Position numbers and translations under genes: made by a program
Part shown: piece by piece, positions 31,973 to 41,063 of the stretch
Layout: each line of letters starts with the position of its first letter
How positions within the stretch are numbered: the stretch's first letter is position 1
Notes under the pieces: generated by a model
The model's database searches: none
Seen by the model: only the letters and a program-made list of their open reading frames with translations
What the model was told of the DNA's origin: nothing
Virus record (IMG/VR): IMGVR_UViG_3300009177_000029
Span: 1 to 41,063 of that record
Length of the DNA stretch: 41,063 nucleotides
Source: a virus
Taxonomy: Duplodnaviria > Heunggongvirae > Uroviricota > Caudoviricetes
Reading direction: 5' to 3' (one strand)

Positions 31973-34182
31973 CGTATTACCAGGTCCGGGATCTCCAACG
32001 ACTTCTTCTTGCCCCATGATGGATCTGCTTCGGAGAAGTCGGCTAGGATCGGCACAGTGAAGTGCCAGTCTTCCATTGCGTGCTTGATGCGTGGCAGTAC
32101 ATCCAACTCAGATCTGTGAATGTACATTTGGATTTCGTCGTGAACCAAGTTCACGATCTTCGATTTCTTTCCCTGTAGGATCTTGTCAGAGCGAACTACT
32201 GCAATCTTAAACAAGTCAGCAGCAGTACCCTGAATCAAGAAGTTGACGCCCTGGCGCTGTGCACGAGCTTCCATCCAGAAGAGCTTCTTGTCTCCGAGAA
32301 GCTTGCAAGCCTGTGCATTCGGCAAGTGACGTACACGACCGAAGTAGTTCTCAAGCTCTGCGTTCTTCGACACGAGACGCTTGCCCTGGTTCACGAAGCG
32401 CTTTACGCCCGTGTACTTCGACAAGTATTGGTCGATGAACTTCTGACACTGTTGAATCCATTCCTCTTCGGAAAGGTGCTTGTACTGTGCCGGACGGGTA
32501 ACTTGCTCACTCAAGCCCGGAGCACCTACACCGTAGATGATACCGAAGTTGATTCGCTTTGCCACTGTACGAAGCTGGTTGTATTCCTCAGAGAGTGGGT
32601 GATTCTTGTCCTTGAGAATCTTCGCCACTTCCTTGATATCCAGCCCGAACATTTCGCAGAACGTTCTGGTGTGAATATCCTGGTTCTTCGCATACGCGTC
32701 AAGTAGTAGTGGGTCCTGAGAGTAGTGCGCAGTTAGTCGCACTTCAATCTGCGAGTAGTCGGCAAGTACGTAGATGTACTCGTCATTCCAACTAAGGAAT
32801 GCTTCACGGATGATCTTGCCGGTAGTCGAACCTGGAATGTTCTGTAGGTTCGGGTCCTGGGACGACATACGACCAGTCTTCACATTCTGATTGAACTGGC
32901 AGTGAAGAATGTTGTCGTCAGTCAGCTTCTCAAGGATACCCTCGACGTACGTGCCTTGGAGCTTGGACAACTCACGAAGCTTGAGGATATCCCCAATGAT
33001 TTCGTGCTTGTTCTTGAGCTTCTCAAGAACCTTCTTGTCCAATGCGAAGCGAGCTTCCTCGCCAGGCAACATGTCTTTGGCATCCTTCGTCGTCTTGGTC
33101 AGCTTCACACCCGACGAAATGAGTGAGTCCGCAAGTTGCTTCGTAGACTGTAGGTTGATGTCTCCTACCTTCTCAGTGATGGAAAACTTTAGTGCCTCCA
33201 TGTGCTTGACGAACTCTTGGCCAGCCTTGACCAACAACTCGCGGTCAATACGTACGCCGTGCTCCTCTGCATCGAACAAGACACGCAGTAGTGCCATCTC
33301 GTTCTTGTAGAGCGCGCTTAATGCATTCGTCCACTGGATGTTCTTGACAGTGAACTCGTACAACCTGTACGTGAGGAACGTATCTAGCGCTGCGTATTCC
33401 GTCATGAGGCTGACCGGAACGAATGAGTAGTCAACGTCATCCTTGCCGTTGATGGCATACTCATGCTGTGCTAGTTCCGAGCACTCAGCAATCCACTTCT
33501 TCAACTGGTTGCGGTTCTTGCCTTGGTGCTCGATGTTCTTGTCAATACGATCTGCCTCAGCCATCACGAGCTTGCGGAAAGCTTCACGACGTGCCTTCGA
33601 TTCACGAGTACGGAACTGATCGATCTCATCTTCCTTCGCATTCGCAGTAGCGTCAATGAGACCCTTGTGTACGCGACCTAGGTCGTCCTTCCAACCAGAC
33701 GCGATGATCTTCAATGCACCCGGTGCGTTCTCGTCGTAGAAGTGCCACAAGATACGAGTATCATGTAGCTTCGTCTTGATCATGATACCTTCGCGTGCAT
33801 AGAAGTGCATATCGAACTTGGCGTTGTGCCAAACGGTAGTGCGCGTAGTATCAGCGAAGAAGTGGATGAGGTCATCACGAATGTCGAAGATGCTCAACTG
33901 TTCTGGTGCTGGACCTCCGAGGATACTAGCCTTGTGACGGACTGGCACGTAGAAGTGCATGTCCTTCCAGCCGAAAGACATACCGCAAATACGGTGTCCT
34001 CGGTACCAGTAAAAACCGGAGGTTTCTGTGTCGCACGCAACCAGACGCTGTTGTTGAAGCAGCTCAAAGAACGCACGCCATTCGTAGATTGTATTGACTA
34101 GGTGAAGTTTGCTACCGCCAACACCTGGCCAGTAGCTCATTTCTACTCCGTTGACGTAGTTTGTTAGAGTACCTGGGATCAT
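31969..34182 (-). CDS. polA: DNA polymerase family A with 3'-5' exonuclease
   Basis: ExoI DTET, ExoII HNAKFD, ExoIII YAALD; TGRMSSQDPNLQNIP, ADYSQIEVR, AKRINFGIIYG, VHDEI. Confidence 0.95.
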   Translation of the reverse strand: MIPGTLTNYVNGVEMSYWPGVGGSKLHLVNTIYEWRAFFELLQQQRLVACDTETSGFYWYRGHRICGMSFGWKDMHFYVPVRHKASILGGPAPEQLSIFDIRDDLIHFFADTTRTTVWHNAKFDMHFYAREGIMIKTKLHDTRILWHFYDENAPGALKIIASGWKDDLGRVHKGLIDATANAKEDEIDQFRTRESKARREAFRKLVMAEADRIDKNIEHQGKNRNQLKKWIAECSELAQHEYAINGKDDVDYSFVPVSLMTEYAALDTFLTYRLYEFTVKNIQWTNALSALYKNEMALLRVLFDAEEHGVRIDRELLVKAGQEFVKHMEALKFSITEKVGDINLQSTKQLADSLISSGVKLTKTTKDAKDMLPGEEARFALDKKVLEKLKNKHEIIGDILKLRELSKLQGTYVEGILEKLTDDNILHCQFNQNVKTGRMSSQDPNLQNIPGSTTGKIIREAFLSWNDEYIYVLADYSQIEVRLTAHYSQDPLLLDAYAKNQDIHTRTFCEMFGLDIKEVAKILKDKNHPLSEEYNQLRTVAKRINFGIIYGVGAPGLSEQVTRPAQYKHLSEEEWIQQCQKFIDQYLSKYTGVKRFVNQGKRLVSKNAELENYFGRVRHLPNAQACKLLGDKKLFWMEARAQRQGVNFLIQGTAADLFKIAVVRSDKILQGKKSKIVNLVHDEIQMYIHRSELDVLPRIKHAMEDWHFTVPILADFSEADPSWGKKKSLEIPDLVIR

Positions 34183-34841
34183 TCAGCCACCTTCATAACG
34201 CGCGCCAAAATCGATGCCGAGTCGATAGGTTCAGTCCCTTGACGCATTCCCTCAGTGATACGTGGGTCGCCCACACACGTGTACTGACGACATGTCCTTG
34301 GTCGGATGTCGTAGATTCCGCACCTCTTGTTTTCCATTAGGAATGGACAAGGTTCACCAATCTTACCTTCTAGGAAGTAAGCTGCTGCGGCCTTGGTGGG
34401 GCGTGGCGCGGTTAGCATCTGTGGGAGAATCAAGCGGCTTCGAAGCTGCTCGAAAATCTCCGGTGTGAACTTGACGGCGGCATCGCCGTACAAGCCACTC
34501 TCGTACTCCACCTCTGTGATGTTGACGACAAACACATGACAACAAGCTGCTGTCTTACATGTGTCACATGGAGGGGTCTTGTCTTCTGGGATAGGCGCTA
34601 CGGTATCGTGCAACACCTTCAAACGTACTCTAGCCTTGGCTGCCTTCGCTGGGTTGTGCGAAGTCGTCGGCAACCCAAACTTAGGCATCATTGATGTCTT
34701 AACAGGCAGAGGTTGAGCCGGTACATTCGGGTCAACACCAAACTGTGTCTTCTCGATACGCTTGTCTTGCGCTAGCTCATCTAGGTGAGTAGGACGCAAT
34801 AGAGCAACATGTACCGGCTTCTTGAGTACGTCTTCACTCAT
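34179..34841 (-). CDS. YkgJ/CxxCxxCC family Fe-S or Zn cluster protein
   Basis: CDTCKTAACC...CPFL..CGIYDIRPRTCRQYTC. Confidence 0.85.
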   Translation of the reverse strand: MSEDVLKKPVHVALLRPTHLDELAQDKRIEKTQFGVDPNVPAQPLPVKTSMMPKFGLPTTSHNPAKAAKARVRLKVLHDTVAPIPEDKTPPCDTCKTAACCHVFVVNITEVEYESGLYGDAAVKFTPEIFEQLRSRLILPQMLTAPRPTKAAAAYFLEGKIGEPCPFLMENKRCGIYDIRPRTCRQYTCVGDPRITEGMRQGTEPIDSASILARVMKVAE

Positions 34842-35122
34842 CGCTTCTTGCTACCCATCTTGATATGACGACTCATCACAGCAGTAGTTGGATCCTTCTT
34901 GAGCATCTTTCGTGTATGGTCACGAGAGCGCTTACGCAAATGCTTGGCCTGGTCGTCCTTACTCATCATCGAGTAGGACATGACGCCAGGACAAGAAATG
35001 CCGATGAACGCTTGCTCACCACACTCCGGGCACTTCTGCTCGTTCTCCTCAGAACGCTGGACTAGATCATCCCACTCGTGCTCACAGCTTTTGCAATAGA
35101 AGTCTCGACTGATCCAACCCAT
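34838..35122 (-). CDS. FmdB-like zinc-ribbon protein
   Basis: DFYCKSCEHEWDDL...CPECG. Confidence 0.8.
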   Translation of the reverse strand: MGWISRDFYCKSCEHEWDDLVQRSEENEQKCPECGEQAFIGISCPGVMSYSMMSKDDQAKHLRKRSRDHTRKMLKKDPTTAVMSRHIKMGSKKR

Positions 35123-35600
35123 ACGTGTTCCTCACTGCCTGTGCAATATCGCGCATCTGGTAACGTTGGGTCACTTTGATGCGCTTGGTGAATGGGGCAC
35201 TCTTCTTAGCGTTGCCCTTCGGAATGGCGACTGTTTGACCCCATGAGTAAACTTGCATGCCCGAGTTTACCGGGTCATTAATATCCACCCAACAAGACTC
35301 ATCTACGTCTGTCCAGATACGCAACACTCTGTGACCATTGATCAAGAGTAGATGCGAGTTCGTGGAAGACGCCCACACCAACATACCGAGGTGACTGTAC
35401 TTCTTGTTGAAGTGAGCAAGAGATCGATAGTGCCAATGCTTTGGCATCTGTCCGTTGCCTGGTATCTCGCGCAGGAAGTCCTTGAGCAAGAAGTCACACT
35501 TCCTGCCAAGGTCTTGATATCCTGTGCGAAAATACTTGAGGTCTTCTAGATCAGCTTCCGGTAGAACCGTAGCCGCCTTCGCCTCGGGCTGTGACGTCAT
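35082..35600 (-). CDS. Hypothetical protein (start uncertain)
   Basis: Fills the gap between dut and the zinc-ribbon gene. Confidence 0.6.
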   Translation of the reverse strand: MTSQPEAKAATVLPEADLEDLKYFRTGYQDLGRKCDFLLKDFLREIPGNGQMPKHWHYRSLAHFNKKYSHLGMLVWASSTNSHLLLINGHRVLRIWTDVDESCWVDINDPVNSGMQVYSWGQTVAIPKGNAKKSAPFTKRIKVTQRYQMRDIAQAVRNTYGLDQSRLLLQKL

Positions 35601-36117
35601 CGAATGCCTCGACCTCTACCATAGCAGCACGTGTCACAGGTGCAACCACAAGCTGCGCAATCCGGTCACCCTTCTTGATGCTCGTGATATACCCGTTACT
35701 GCGAAACAAGATGACACCAAGTGGGCCACGGTAGTCTGGATCAACCGTTCCAGGTGTGTTGAGCACAGAGAGACCTTTCTTGAGAGCCAACCCCGAGCGC
35801 GGACGAACCTGCACTTCGTAACCATCTGGTACCGCGATCTTCCAGCCTGTAGAAACTAGAATCGGATCTCCACCAATATCCGCATCTTCTACTGAATAGA
35901 CGTCCCAACCCACAGCACCGTCCGTGCCTCGGGTTGGAAGAATCGCATCAGGATGTGTGCGTACAAAACGCACCTTGGGCAAAGCTGCGATTTCTTGCTC
36001 CACCACATTGTCCTGCCATGCCTTACGGAATGCCTCGATCTGCTCTGCGGTGACTTCACCACCAATATCAAGTGTACCCTTAGTTACTGTCATGCCTTCC
36101 ATGTCCACTCCAATCAT
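35551..36117 (-). CDS. dut: dUTP diphosphatase (trimeric) with N-terminal extension
   Basis: AVGWDV, QVRPRSGLA, NTPGTVDPDYRG, GDRIAQLV, RGEGGYGSTG. Confidence 0.95.
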   Translation of the reverse strand: MIGVDMEGMTVTKGTLDIGGEVTAEQIEAFRKAWQDNVVEQEIAALPKVRFVRTHPDAILPTRGTDGAVGWDVYSVEDADIGGDPILVSTGWKIAVPDGYEVQVRPRSGLALKKGLSVLNTPGTVDPDYRGPLGVILFRSNGYITSIKKGDRIAQLVVAPVTRAAMVEVEAFDDVTARGEGGYGSTGS

Positions 36118-37844
36118 TTCATCTGCACGCCGCCACGTAGCATCTTGTCAAGGATGGTTAGCGGTTCGGCAACTAGGTCTTCGAGCTTGTTGATTACCAC
36201 ATTGTTCGGGTAATACTGCCTAACGTCCGTGGACTGAATACCGAAAGCAATGACTTCCACGCCCACGTTCTTCGCACCGGCCACAACATCGCGCAGGTTC
36301 TGCTGCACACGACCTGTGTTACCGAAGGAAGGATACGGCATTCCGTCGTTCAAGACTAGCAGAATCTTTCGCTTCTCAGGACGCGCGAGCAAACGCTGAA
36401 TGCCATGCTTAACAGCTTCACCATCAATAGTGTTGTTCTTGCAGTTGTGTGCTGCACCCGCAAGACGGATTGCGCCCTTCTCCCATGACTCACCAAAGTC
36501 ACGATAGTAACGAACCCAGAGACGGCCCCAGCGTGCGTACATACTAGTGTCTTGTGGACGCTCGATAGCGTCCTCAGTTGAGTAACCGTAGACCATGAAA
36601 GGAATACGGAGGATGTTGAGCACGTCACCCAACACGATCGCAGCTTCGCCAGCTAGCTCTAGCTTCTTACCATTCATAGAACCAGAATGGTCGATAGCCA
36701 ATCCGACAACAGTATTCAAGTGCCTCTTGTCAGAGAGCTGCTTGTAAACGTTCTCGGAAGTTCCAAAGATGGCGTGATGTAGACGACGACTGTCCAGTTT
36801 GCCTTCATCCTTGCCACCGAGCCAACGACGGCGGGACAATGCACGCAGCGTATTGACGAGACGCGTCTGGATGACAGACGTCATCTCTCGGGCTTCGTCA
36901 CGAAACTTCTGCAAGCGCTGACCGTTGGAGGACAAGTTTCCATCGGGCATCGGAAGATACGTGTCTCCTGCGGTGGAGTACACGAGATACCCAGACTCTT
37001 CCAAGCCATGTTGATAGCCAGCGAAACCCTTCTGAGTTCCGGCTTTCTTGTCAGTGAGTTGCTTGGACACCTGTGCCAGTGCAGCACCAATATCACCAGC
37101 AGTAGTGATCATCGGCTTGCCAGCAGAGTCCTTTTGCTGGCCAGTACCACCCTGACCTTCTTGGCCAGTCTTTCCTGCCTGCGGCTGTTGCTGCTTCTCT
37201 TGCTCTTCTTGTTGCTGGCGACGCTTCTTCTCTTCCTCAGCCAGATCCTTCAACACCTCGTACATACGAAGCCCGGCTTCTAGAGCATCGAGCGTGGTGT
37301 TGATCTGAGACTGTGGACCGATTGCATCGATGCACTTACTGACACGTTCCTTTGTTTCGACGTCAACAATGGTGTTCCAAAACTCTGTGTCCTTGTACTT
37401 CTCGTAGTCGAAGTACGCGGATATTACACGACGGAAGGGTTTGATATCCTTCCAGTGTTCCGCGATCCTGGGGTAGATCCAGTCATGTACACGGTGCAAG
37501 TTGTACGGAGAGCCAGGGTACAAACGTCCCATGGCATACTCGATACGCACATCCTCACACACGTTAACACACATGAGTTGTTCTGGTGTGAGTGCGGGGC
37601 GGTAGCCGGACACCACGTTGAACTCTGTGAAGATGATATGAGCCGTCTCATGATCGAGATAGCCCTGCACAGCCTCTAGAAGCTCGTCTGGGGCGTCGTC
37701 AGGAAGAACCGGAAGGATGATCGTCTTGCCTTCTGTCTTGGCTTGTGAGCCGCGCCAGACGACACGGATGCCGTACTCATGGGCAAGCATACGTGCCGTA
37801 CGCTCAACCGTAGTCTCAACAAGACGAATCCTTCGGCTCTTCAT
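36114..37844 (-). CDS. cobT: CobT-like vWA domain protein (partner of the MoxR/CobS ATPase)
   Basis: GYLDHETAH, EDVRIE, GKLDSRRL, MIDAS IDHSGSM, NNTIDGEA, LNDGMP. Confidence 0.85.
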   Translation of the reverse strand: MKSRRIRLVETTVERTARMLAHEYGIRVVWRGSQAKTEGKTIILPVLPDDAPDELLEAVQGYLDHETAHIIFTEFNVVSGYRPALTPEQLMCVNVCEDVRIEYAMGRLYPGSPYNLHRVHDWIYPRIAEHWKDIKPFRRVISAYFDYEKYKDTEFWNTIVDVETKERVSKCIDAIGPQSQINTTLDALEAGLRMYEVLKDLAEEEKKRRQQQEEQEKQQQPQAGKTGQEGQGGTGQQKDSAGKPMITTAGDIGAALAQVSKQLTDKKAGTQKGFAGYQHGLEESGYLVYSTAGDTYLPMPDGNLSSNGQRLQKFRDEAREMTSVIQTRLVNTLRALSRRRWLGGKDEGKLDSRRLHHAIFGTSENVYKQLSDKRHLNTVVGLAIDHSGSMNGKKLELAGEAAIVLGDVLNILRIPFMVYGYSTEDAIERPQDTSMYARWGRLWVRYYRDFGESWEKGAIRLAGAAHNCKNNTIDGEAVKHGIQRLLARPEKRKILLVLNDGMPYPSFGNTGRVQQNLRDVVAGAKNVGVEVIAFGIQSTDVRQYYPNNVVINKLEDLVAEPLTILDKMLRGGVQMK

Positions 37845-38065
37845 CAGTCACTCTCGTGTTCGGGGTCCAGGCAGTCACTGACTAGCTTTCCATCCTTCTT
37901 CACGGTAAACTCGATATGACCCGTAGATTCGCAGAAGCCCTCGAAGTATTCGGAGCGTTCCTCAGCATCTCGGTAAGCGTCACGCTTTGCTGCGGTGGTG
38001 AAGAACCTTGGTGATGCGCTACCATCCCCGTTGTTAACCACATAGTAGTACAGATCAACTTTCAT
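37844..38065 (-). CDS. Hypothetical protein
   Basis: Operon packing; NNGDGSAS motif. Confidence 0.65.
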   Translation of the reverse strand: MKVDLYYYVVNNGDGSASPRFFTTAAKRDAYRDAEERSEYFEGFCESTGHIEFTVKKDGKLVSDCLDPEHESD

Positions 38066-38066
38066 A

Positions 38067-38987
38067 TCAGACTTTCTTTACTCGGGCGTGGAACATCATA
38101 CGAGTCTTGGTTGTGATTGCATCACGAGCTTCCTTCGTGTCGATGATCTCAAGACCAGCCTCTCGGAAGACGTCTTCTAGCATCGCCTTGAGCACCTGTC
38201 CAGTCTCTCGCAATCCTGCGCCTGGAATCTTGTCTAGCACGTGATCGAGACGAGTTTCGGTTACCCACTCGTTCGCAATCTCTAGTGCATCAGAAAGCAC
38301 GGCAAGCTTTGCTGGATCCTCGACCTTGCGGTCCGTAGCGGTCTCGCGCTCTTCTGGACGCTTGTGCTTTGCCATCACACGGTTGCCGCGACTGTCCGTC
38401 ACCTCTGTGAGAGGACGGAGGACAACACCTTCCATGAACTTGTCCATGCCCATACCGTTGCGGTATGCCTGTACGGACTTCTTGTCGCGTGCCTCGTCAC
38501 AGGCTTCCGGGGTTCCGGGAATCTTGTCGTAGTGTACGAACTCCAAACCGAGCTTTGCTGCCACGTCCGCAGCATCTGGCACGGTCAACCAAGTCCCATT
38601 GATGTTGATGTCAAAGACACCAAACTTGAGGTCTGGACCGTATCGGTAGGCTTGCTTCTGTTGGCTGCCACCGTAGAGTTCACCGTGAACAACCATGGAC
38701 TCGATGTTCATCGCGTCGCAAGCGTTTGCAAAGTCCTGCATGTTGACGAGTTGCTCGAACAGCACAATCGATGCACCGCCCGAGAACATAGACACCACAC
38801 ACTCAGGCGAGTTCTTCACCGTGGCACGAAACTGAGAAGCCGTGCCTGAGTCTACAAACTTCACATGTGGATCCTTGTGATACGCGATGTGGGCACTTGT
38901 TCCGTGCAGCTTTTCCAGTGCGTATAGTTCCTTGAACATGAGGACCGTCTGGTCCTTGTACAAGTTATTGATGTGCATGTAACCCAT
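38067..38987 (-). CDS. RNA ligase, Rnl2 family
   Basis: Motif I EKLHGT, HGELYG, FDI, EGVVLRP, AKHK, C-terminal VTETRL..V. Confidence 0.85.
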   Translation of the reverse strand: MGYMHINNLYKDQTVLMFKELYALEKLHGTSAHIAYHKDPHVKFVDSGTASQFRATVKNSPECVVSMFSGGASIVLFEQLVNMQDFANACDAMNIESMVVHGELYGGSQQKQAYRYGPDLKFGVFDININGTWLTVPDAADVAAKLGLEFVHYDKIPGTPEACDEARDKKSVQAYRNGMGMDKFMEGVVLRPLTEVTDSRGNRVMAKHKRPEERETATDRKVEDPAKLAVLSDALEIANEWVTETRLDHVLDKIPGAGLRETGQVLKAMLEDVFREAGLEIIDTKEARDAITTKTRMMFHARVKKV

Positions 38988-38994
38988 GTGTCCC

Positions 38995-39252
38995 TCAGGC
39001 TTTCTTCGAAAGATCTTCCTTGATCTCCATGTCGTGGATGTATTGCATGACAAACTTGCCATGTTCCGAGGCTGGTCGAATACGCACTACCAGTTCGTCT
39101 GGTGTAGTCTCGTACGTAGCTGCGTAATCATCTGGCTGAAACTTTACATGAGTCAGAGAGTCCACCACGCCAGCCATCATGCTTGACATTTCCTTGTTGG
39201 TAGACAAGACGCGCGTAGCAACAGTTCTTCCAAGGTTAGTTGGTGTCATCAC
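38995..39252 (-). CDS. Hypothetical protein
   Basis: Operon packing. Confidence 0.65.
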   Translation of the reverse strand: MMTPTNLGRTVATRVLSTNKEMSSMMAGVVDSLTHVKFQPDDYAATYETTPDELVVRIRPASEHGKFVMQYIHDMEIKEDLSKKA

Positions 39253-40310
39253 TTCCTCGCCGTGAGATACTTCTTGTCATCCTTTTCCGGAAGCTGCATG
39301 TTGCGCTGAATCATCTGAGCGATGCTCATTGCCGCAGGAACCGGAAGCTTATCAAGGAAAGAGTAACGTGCCGCCTTCATAGGATACGGCAAGCGTGAGA
39401 TCTTTTCCATCCAGTTGATTCCGTCACGAGTAGTGAGCGGGATCGCAATCGTGCCACTCTTGAAAGCTTCACGTACCGCAGCGAGAACCTTGACAACACC
39501 AGGAATGAACTGCTTGGCGTGGTCTTGAGGGAACATCGCCATGAGCACCTTGGTCTCAGCTTCTGGCGTGATGTAGTCGATTTGGATACATGTCTTCCAG
39601 CGGTTCAAGAACGAGAAGTTCTGAACGTTTGTACCGGCGATGTACAGCGACGAGTCGTCACCAAGACCGTTCGTGTTCGCCGTACCCACAATCGTGTTCT
39701 GTGGGTGCAGGTTGAAGATCTGGTTTGTCTCGTGCATGAGGAAGCGAAGCTCATCCGAGATTGCACGCTGTAGTACGAAGGCAGTCTCAGGCGGACACGC
39801 GTCTACCTCATCGAACAAGACAATCGTTCCCGGCTCGGTGAACGCGAGCGGAACAAGGCCGTAGCGAAACTGCATCTGGCCATTGACAATCTTCCAGTCG
39901 CCAATCAAGTCTGAGCGGGACAAGTGACCATCGAAGTTGATGGTAACCACATTGTAGTTCAACCGCGCAGCTACTTGATTCGCAAGCTGTGTCTTACCAG
40001 ATCCTGAATGGCCAATCAGGTACGTAGTGTCCCGAAACTGTAGGGCCTTGAGAAACTCGATGGTTTCTTCTTGCGGGAACTGGTAGTTCGGATTCTTTTC
40101 CGGCGTGAGGATGCCAGGTTCCTTGAACGCTTGAATCAGAACGTCCTTCTTCACTGGCTGACCGTTGGCGTCGAGAACCTCTTTACCTTTAGTCTTCTTC
40201 ACACCAGTGTCGAGACCAAAGGTCGCCACCATGGAAACGGCTTCCTGTTCACGGTTCGGACGATTCGGAACCACCGTGATCTTGGAGTTGAGTAGAGCTT
40301 GAGTATCCAC
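39249..40310 (-). CDS. cobS: CobS/MoxR-type AAA+ ATPase
   Basis: GHSGSGKT, DLIG, LFDEVD, TANTNGLGD..Y.GTNVQNFSFLNRW, TTR. Confidence 0.9.
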   Translation of the reverse strand: MDTQALLNSKITVVPNRPNREQEAVSMVATFGLDTGVKKTKGKEVLDANGQPVKKDVLIQAFKEPGILTPEKNPNYQFPQEETIEFLKALQFRDTTYLIGHSGSGKTQLANQVAARLNYNVVTINFDGHLSRSDLIGDWKIVNGQMQFRYGLVPLAFTEPGTIVLFDEVDACPPETAFVLQRAISDELRFLMHETNQIFNLHPQNTIVGTANTNGLGDDSSLYIAGTNVQNFSFLNRWKTCIQIDYITPEAETKVLMAMFPQDHAKQFIPGVVKVLAAVREAFKSGTIAIPLTTRDGINWMEKISRLPYPMKAARYSFLDKLPVPAAMSIAQMIQRNMQLPEKDDKKYLTARK

Positions 40311-40319
40311 GTTTCCTCA

Positions 40320-40760
40320 TTACGACAAATCCCAATCTGTTTCGGTCTGGATGATCGGGTCTTTGCTTGGCTTGTTGGTGTATTGTTCGGGTTTGTTGAC
40401 GAAGGAAATCTTCGTGTTCGGGCCAACTGTGAGCACGGAGCCTGCCAGTATCATAGGCAACGCGTCGTCGTTGTCAAGGTGACGCGAGTGGATTTCGATG
40501 CCGTGATCACGAAGTAGATCACGGATCACACCAATCACGTGGGTGATGCTCAGCAAGTCCAAGTCATACTCAAACAAACTCACGTTGCCTGGCATTTCCC
40601 AGCCGTTTGGCAAAACGTATGAGTTGCCATGAGACAGTAGGATGACAACCTGATGATTCTTAGCTAGCGTCTCGATCGCTTCGGAGTGAGGTATGCCTAC
40701 GGGGAGGACAGAAGGGTCCTTCACGAACACGACGCGGTTGACTAGAACTCGGTCACCCAT
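40320..40760 (-). CDS. Hypothetical protein
   Basis: Operon packing. Confidence 0.6.
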   Translation of the reverse strand: MGDRVLVNRVVFVKDPSVLPVGIPHSEAIETLAKNHQVVILLSHGNSYVLPNGWEMPGNVSLFEYDLDLLSITHVIGVIRDLLRDHGIEIHSRHLDNDDALPMILAGSVLTVGPNTKISFVNKPEQYTNKPSKDPIIQTETDWDLS

Positions 40761-41063
40761 CTTGCATACTCCATGTCATCGTATGTATCCACACGATCTT
40801 TCAGGGCTGCTGTAAGTTTATCAGCCCCTGAGGAGTCTGCAAGCATGTTACCTGCATCTTGATTGTCTGGCCAGCCAGTCATACGCGAGACATACACTTT
40901 CTTGAAGTGCATGTGTAGCTCAGGAATAGCTTTCATCATCTCGGGCTTGGCGTCTCGCTTGTCCCAGAAGAGTGTGACTTCTTCGATGCCCCAAGTCTTT
41001 AGCCGGAGCATCTGGTCAAGTCCAATCTTCTTGGAGAAGGTTGCGTATGCACTCACCTGTGGT
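40742..41063 (-). CDS. DNA primase, C-terminal TOPRIM part (truncated by the window edge)
   Basis: ATFSKKI..Q, VTLFWD.DA, DAGNM TOPRIM-like pattern. Confidence 0.65.
   Translation of the reverse strand, partial: PQVSAYATFSKKIGLDQMLRLKTWGIEEVTLFWDKRDAKPEMMKAIPELHMHFKKVYVSRMTGWPDNQDAGNMLADSSGADKLTAALKDRVDTYDDMEYARWVTEF

Noticed and set aside
31969-34182. Intein or intron in polA (also checked terL and recA)
   Set aside because: The motifs are contiguous, with no C...HN-C/S/T splice junctions or LAGLIDADG blocks.
37120-37240. Q/E/G-rich low-complexity stretch in CobT
   Set aside because: This is an ordinary disordered linker for the family.
36114-40310. Cobalamin biosynthesis auxiliary metabolic genes
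   Set aside because: There is no cobN or other cob gene; this is better explained as a MoxR-vWA pair.
5170-40517. Numerous + strand ORFs opposite the minus-strand genes (e.g. 7420..8079, 24959..25624, 30426..31295)
   Set aside because: They are antisense shadows of well-supported genes with biased codon usage, and have no motifs of their own.
1-41063. Genome-wide TAG recoding (code 15)
   Set aside because: Large conserved genes are full length under code 11, and TAG ends genes at natural positions (1060, 16631, 40742). Only one suspicious TAG was seen.
1-41063. CRISPR array, tRNA/rRNA genes, integrase or IS element
   Set aside because: I saw no regularly spaced direct repeats, no cloverleaf in the short intergenic gaps, and no integrase or transposase motifs by eye.

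Overview
This is a 41-kb segment of a large, apparently lytic dsDNA bacteriophage genome (Caudoviricetes). It is densely coded with overlapping start/stop codons and reads in genetic code 11. Bases 1-5012 (+ strand) form an accessory, probably counter-defence cluster: a Dam-like N6-adenine methylase, small membrane proteins, a secreted possibly SleB-like protein, a NADAR hydrolase, a SLOG/DUF2493 protein and a CCA-adding enzyme. Bases 4999-41063 (- strand) carry a lambda gpA-type terminase, a ParB-N protein, a GH-like TIM barrel, a degenerate DegT-type aminotransferase, RNase HII, a three-gene virion/tail-fibre cassette, a metallophosphoesterase, a degenerate NAD-dependent epimerase/decarboxylase, a resolvase, a WGR protein, an HNH nuclease, ThyX and a dNMP kinase. 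These are followed by a recombination/replication block (SbcC, ATP-grasp, SbcD, RecA, gp32-like SSB, UvsY-like, Pol A, dUTPase, CobT, Rnl2, CobS, primase end). The most notable observations are: (i) two nucleotide-sugar enzyme homologues that both appear to have lost catalytic residues; (ii) a promoter-perfect palindrome-RBS element before the virion cassette; (iii) an in-frame TAG that interrupts an otherwise gap-filling ORF; (iv) a family of sigma70-type promoters, three with the -35 box built around the upstream TGA stop. All family calls come from motif recognition by eye; no database search was run.
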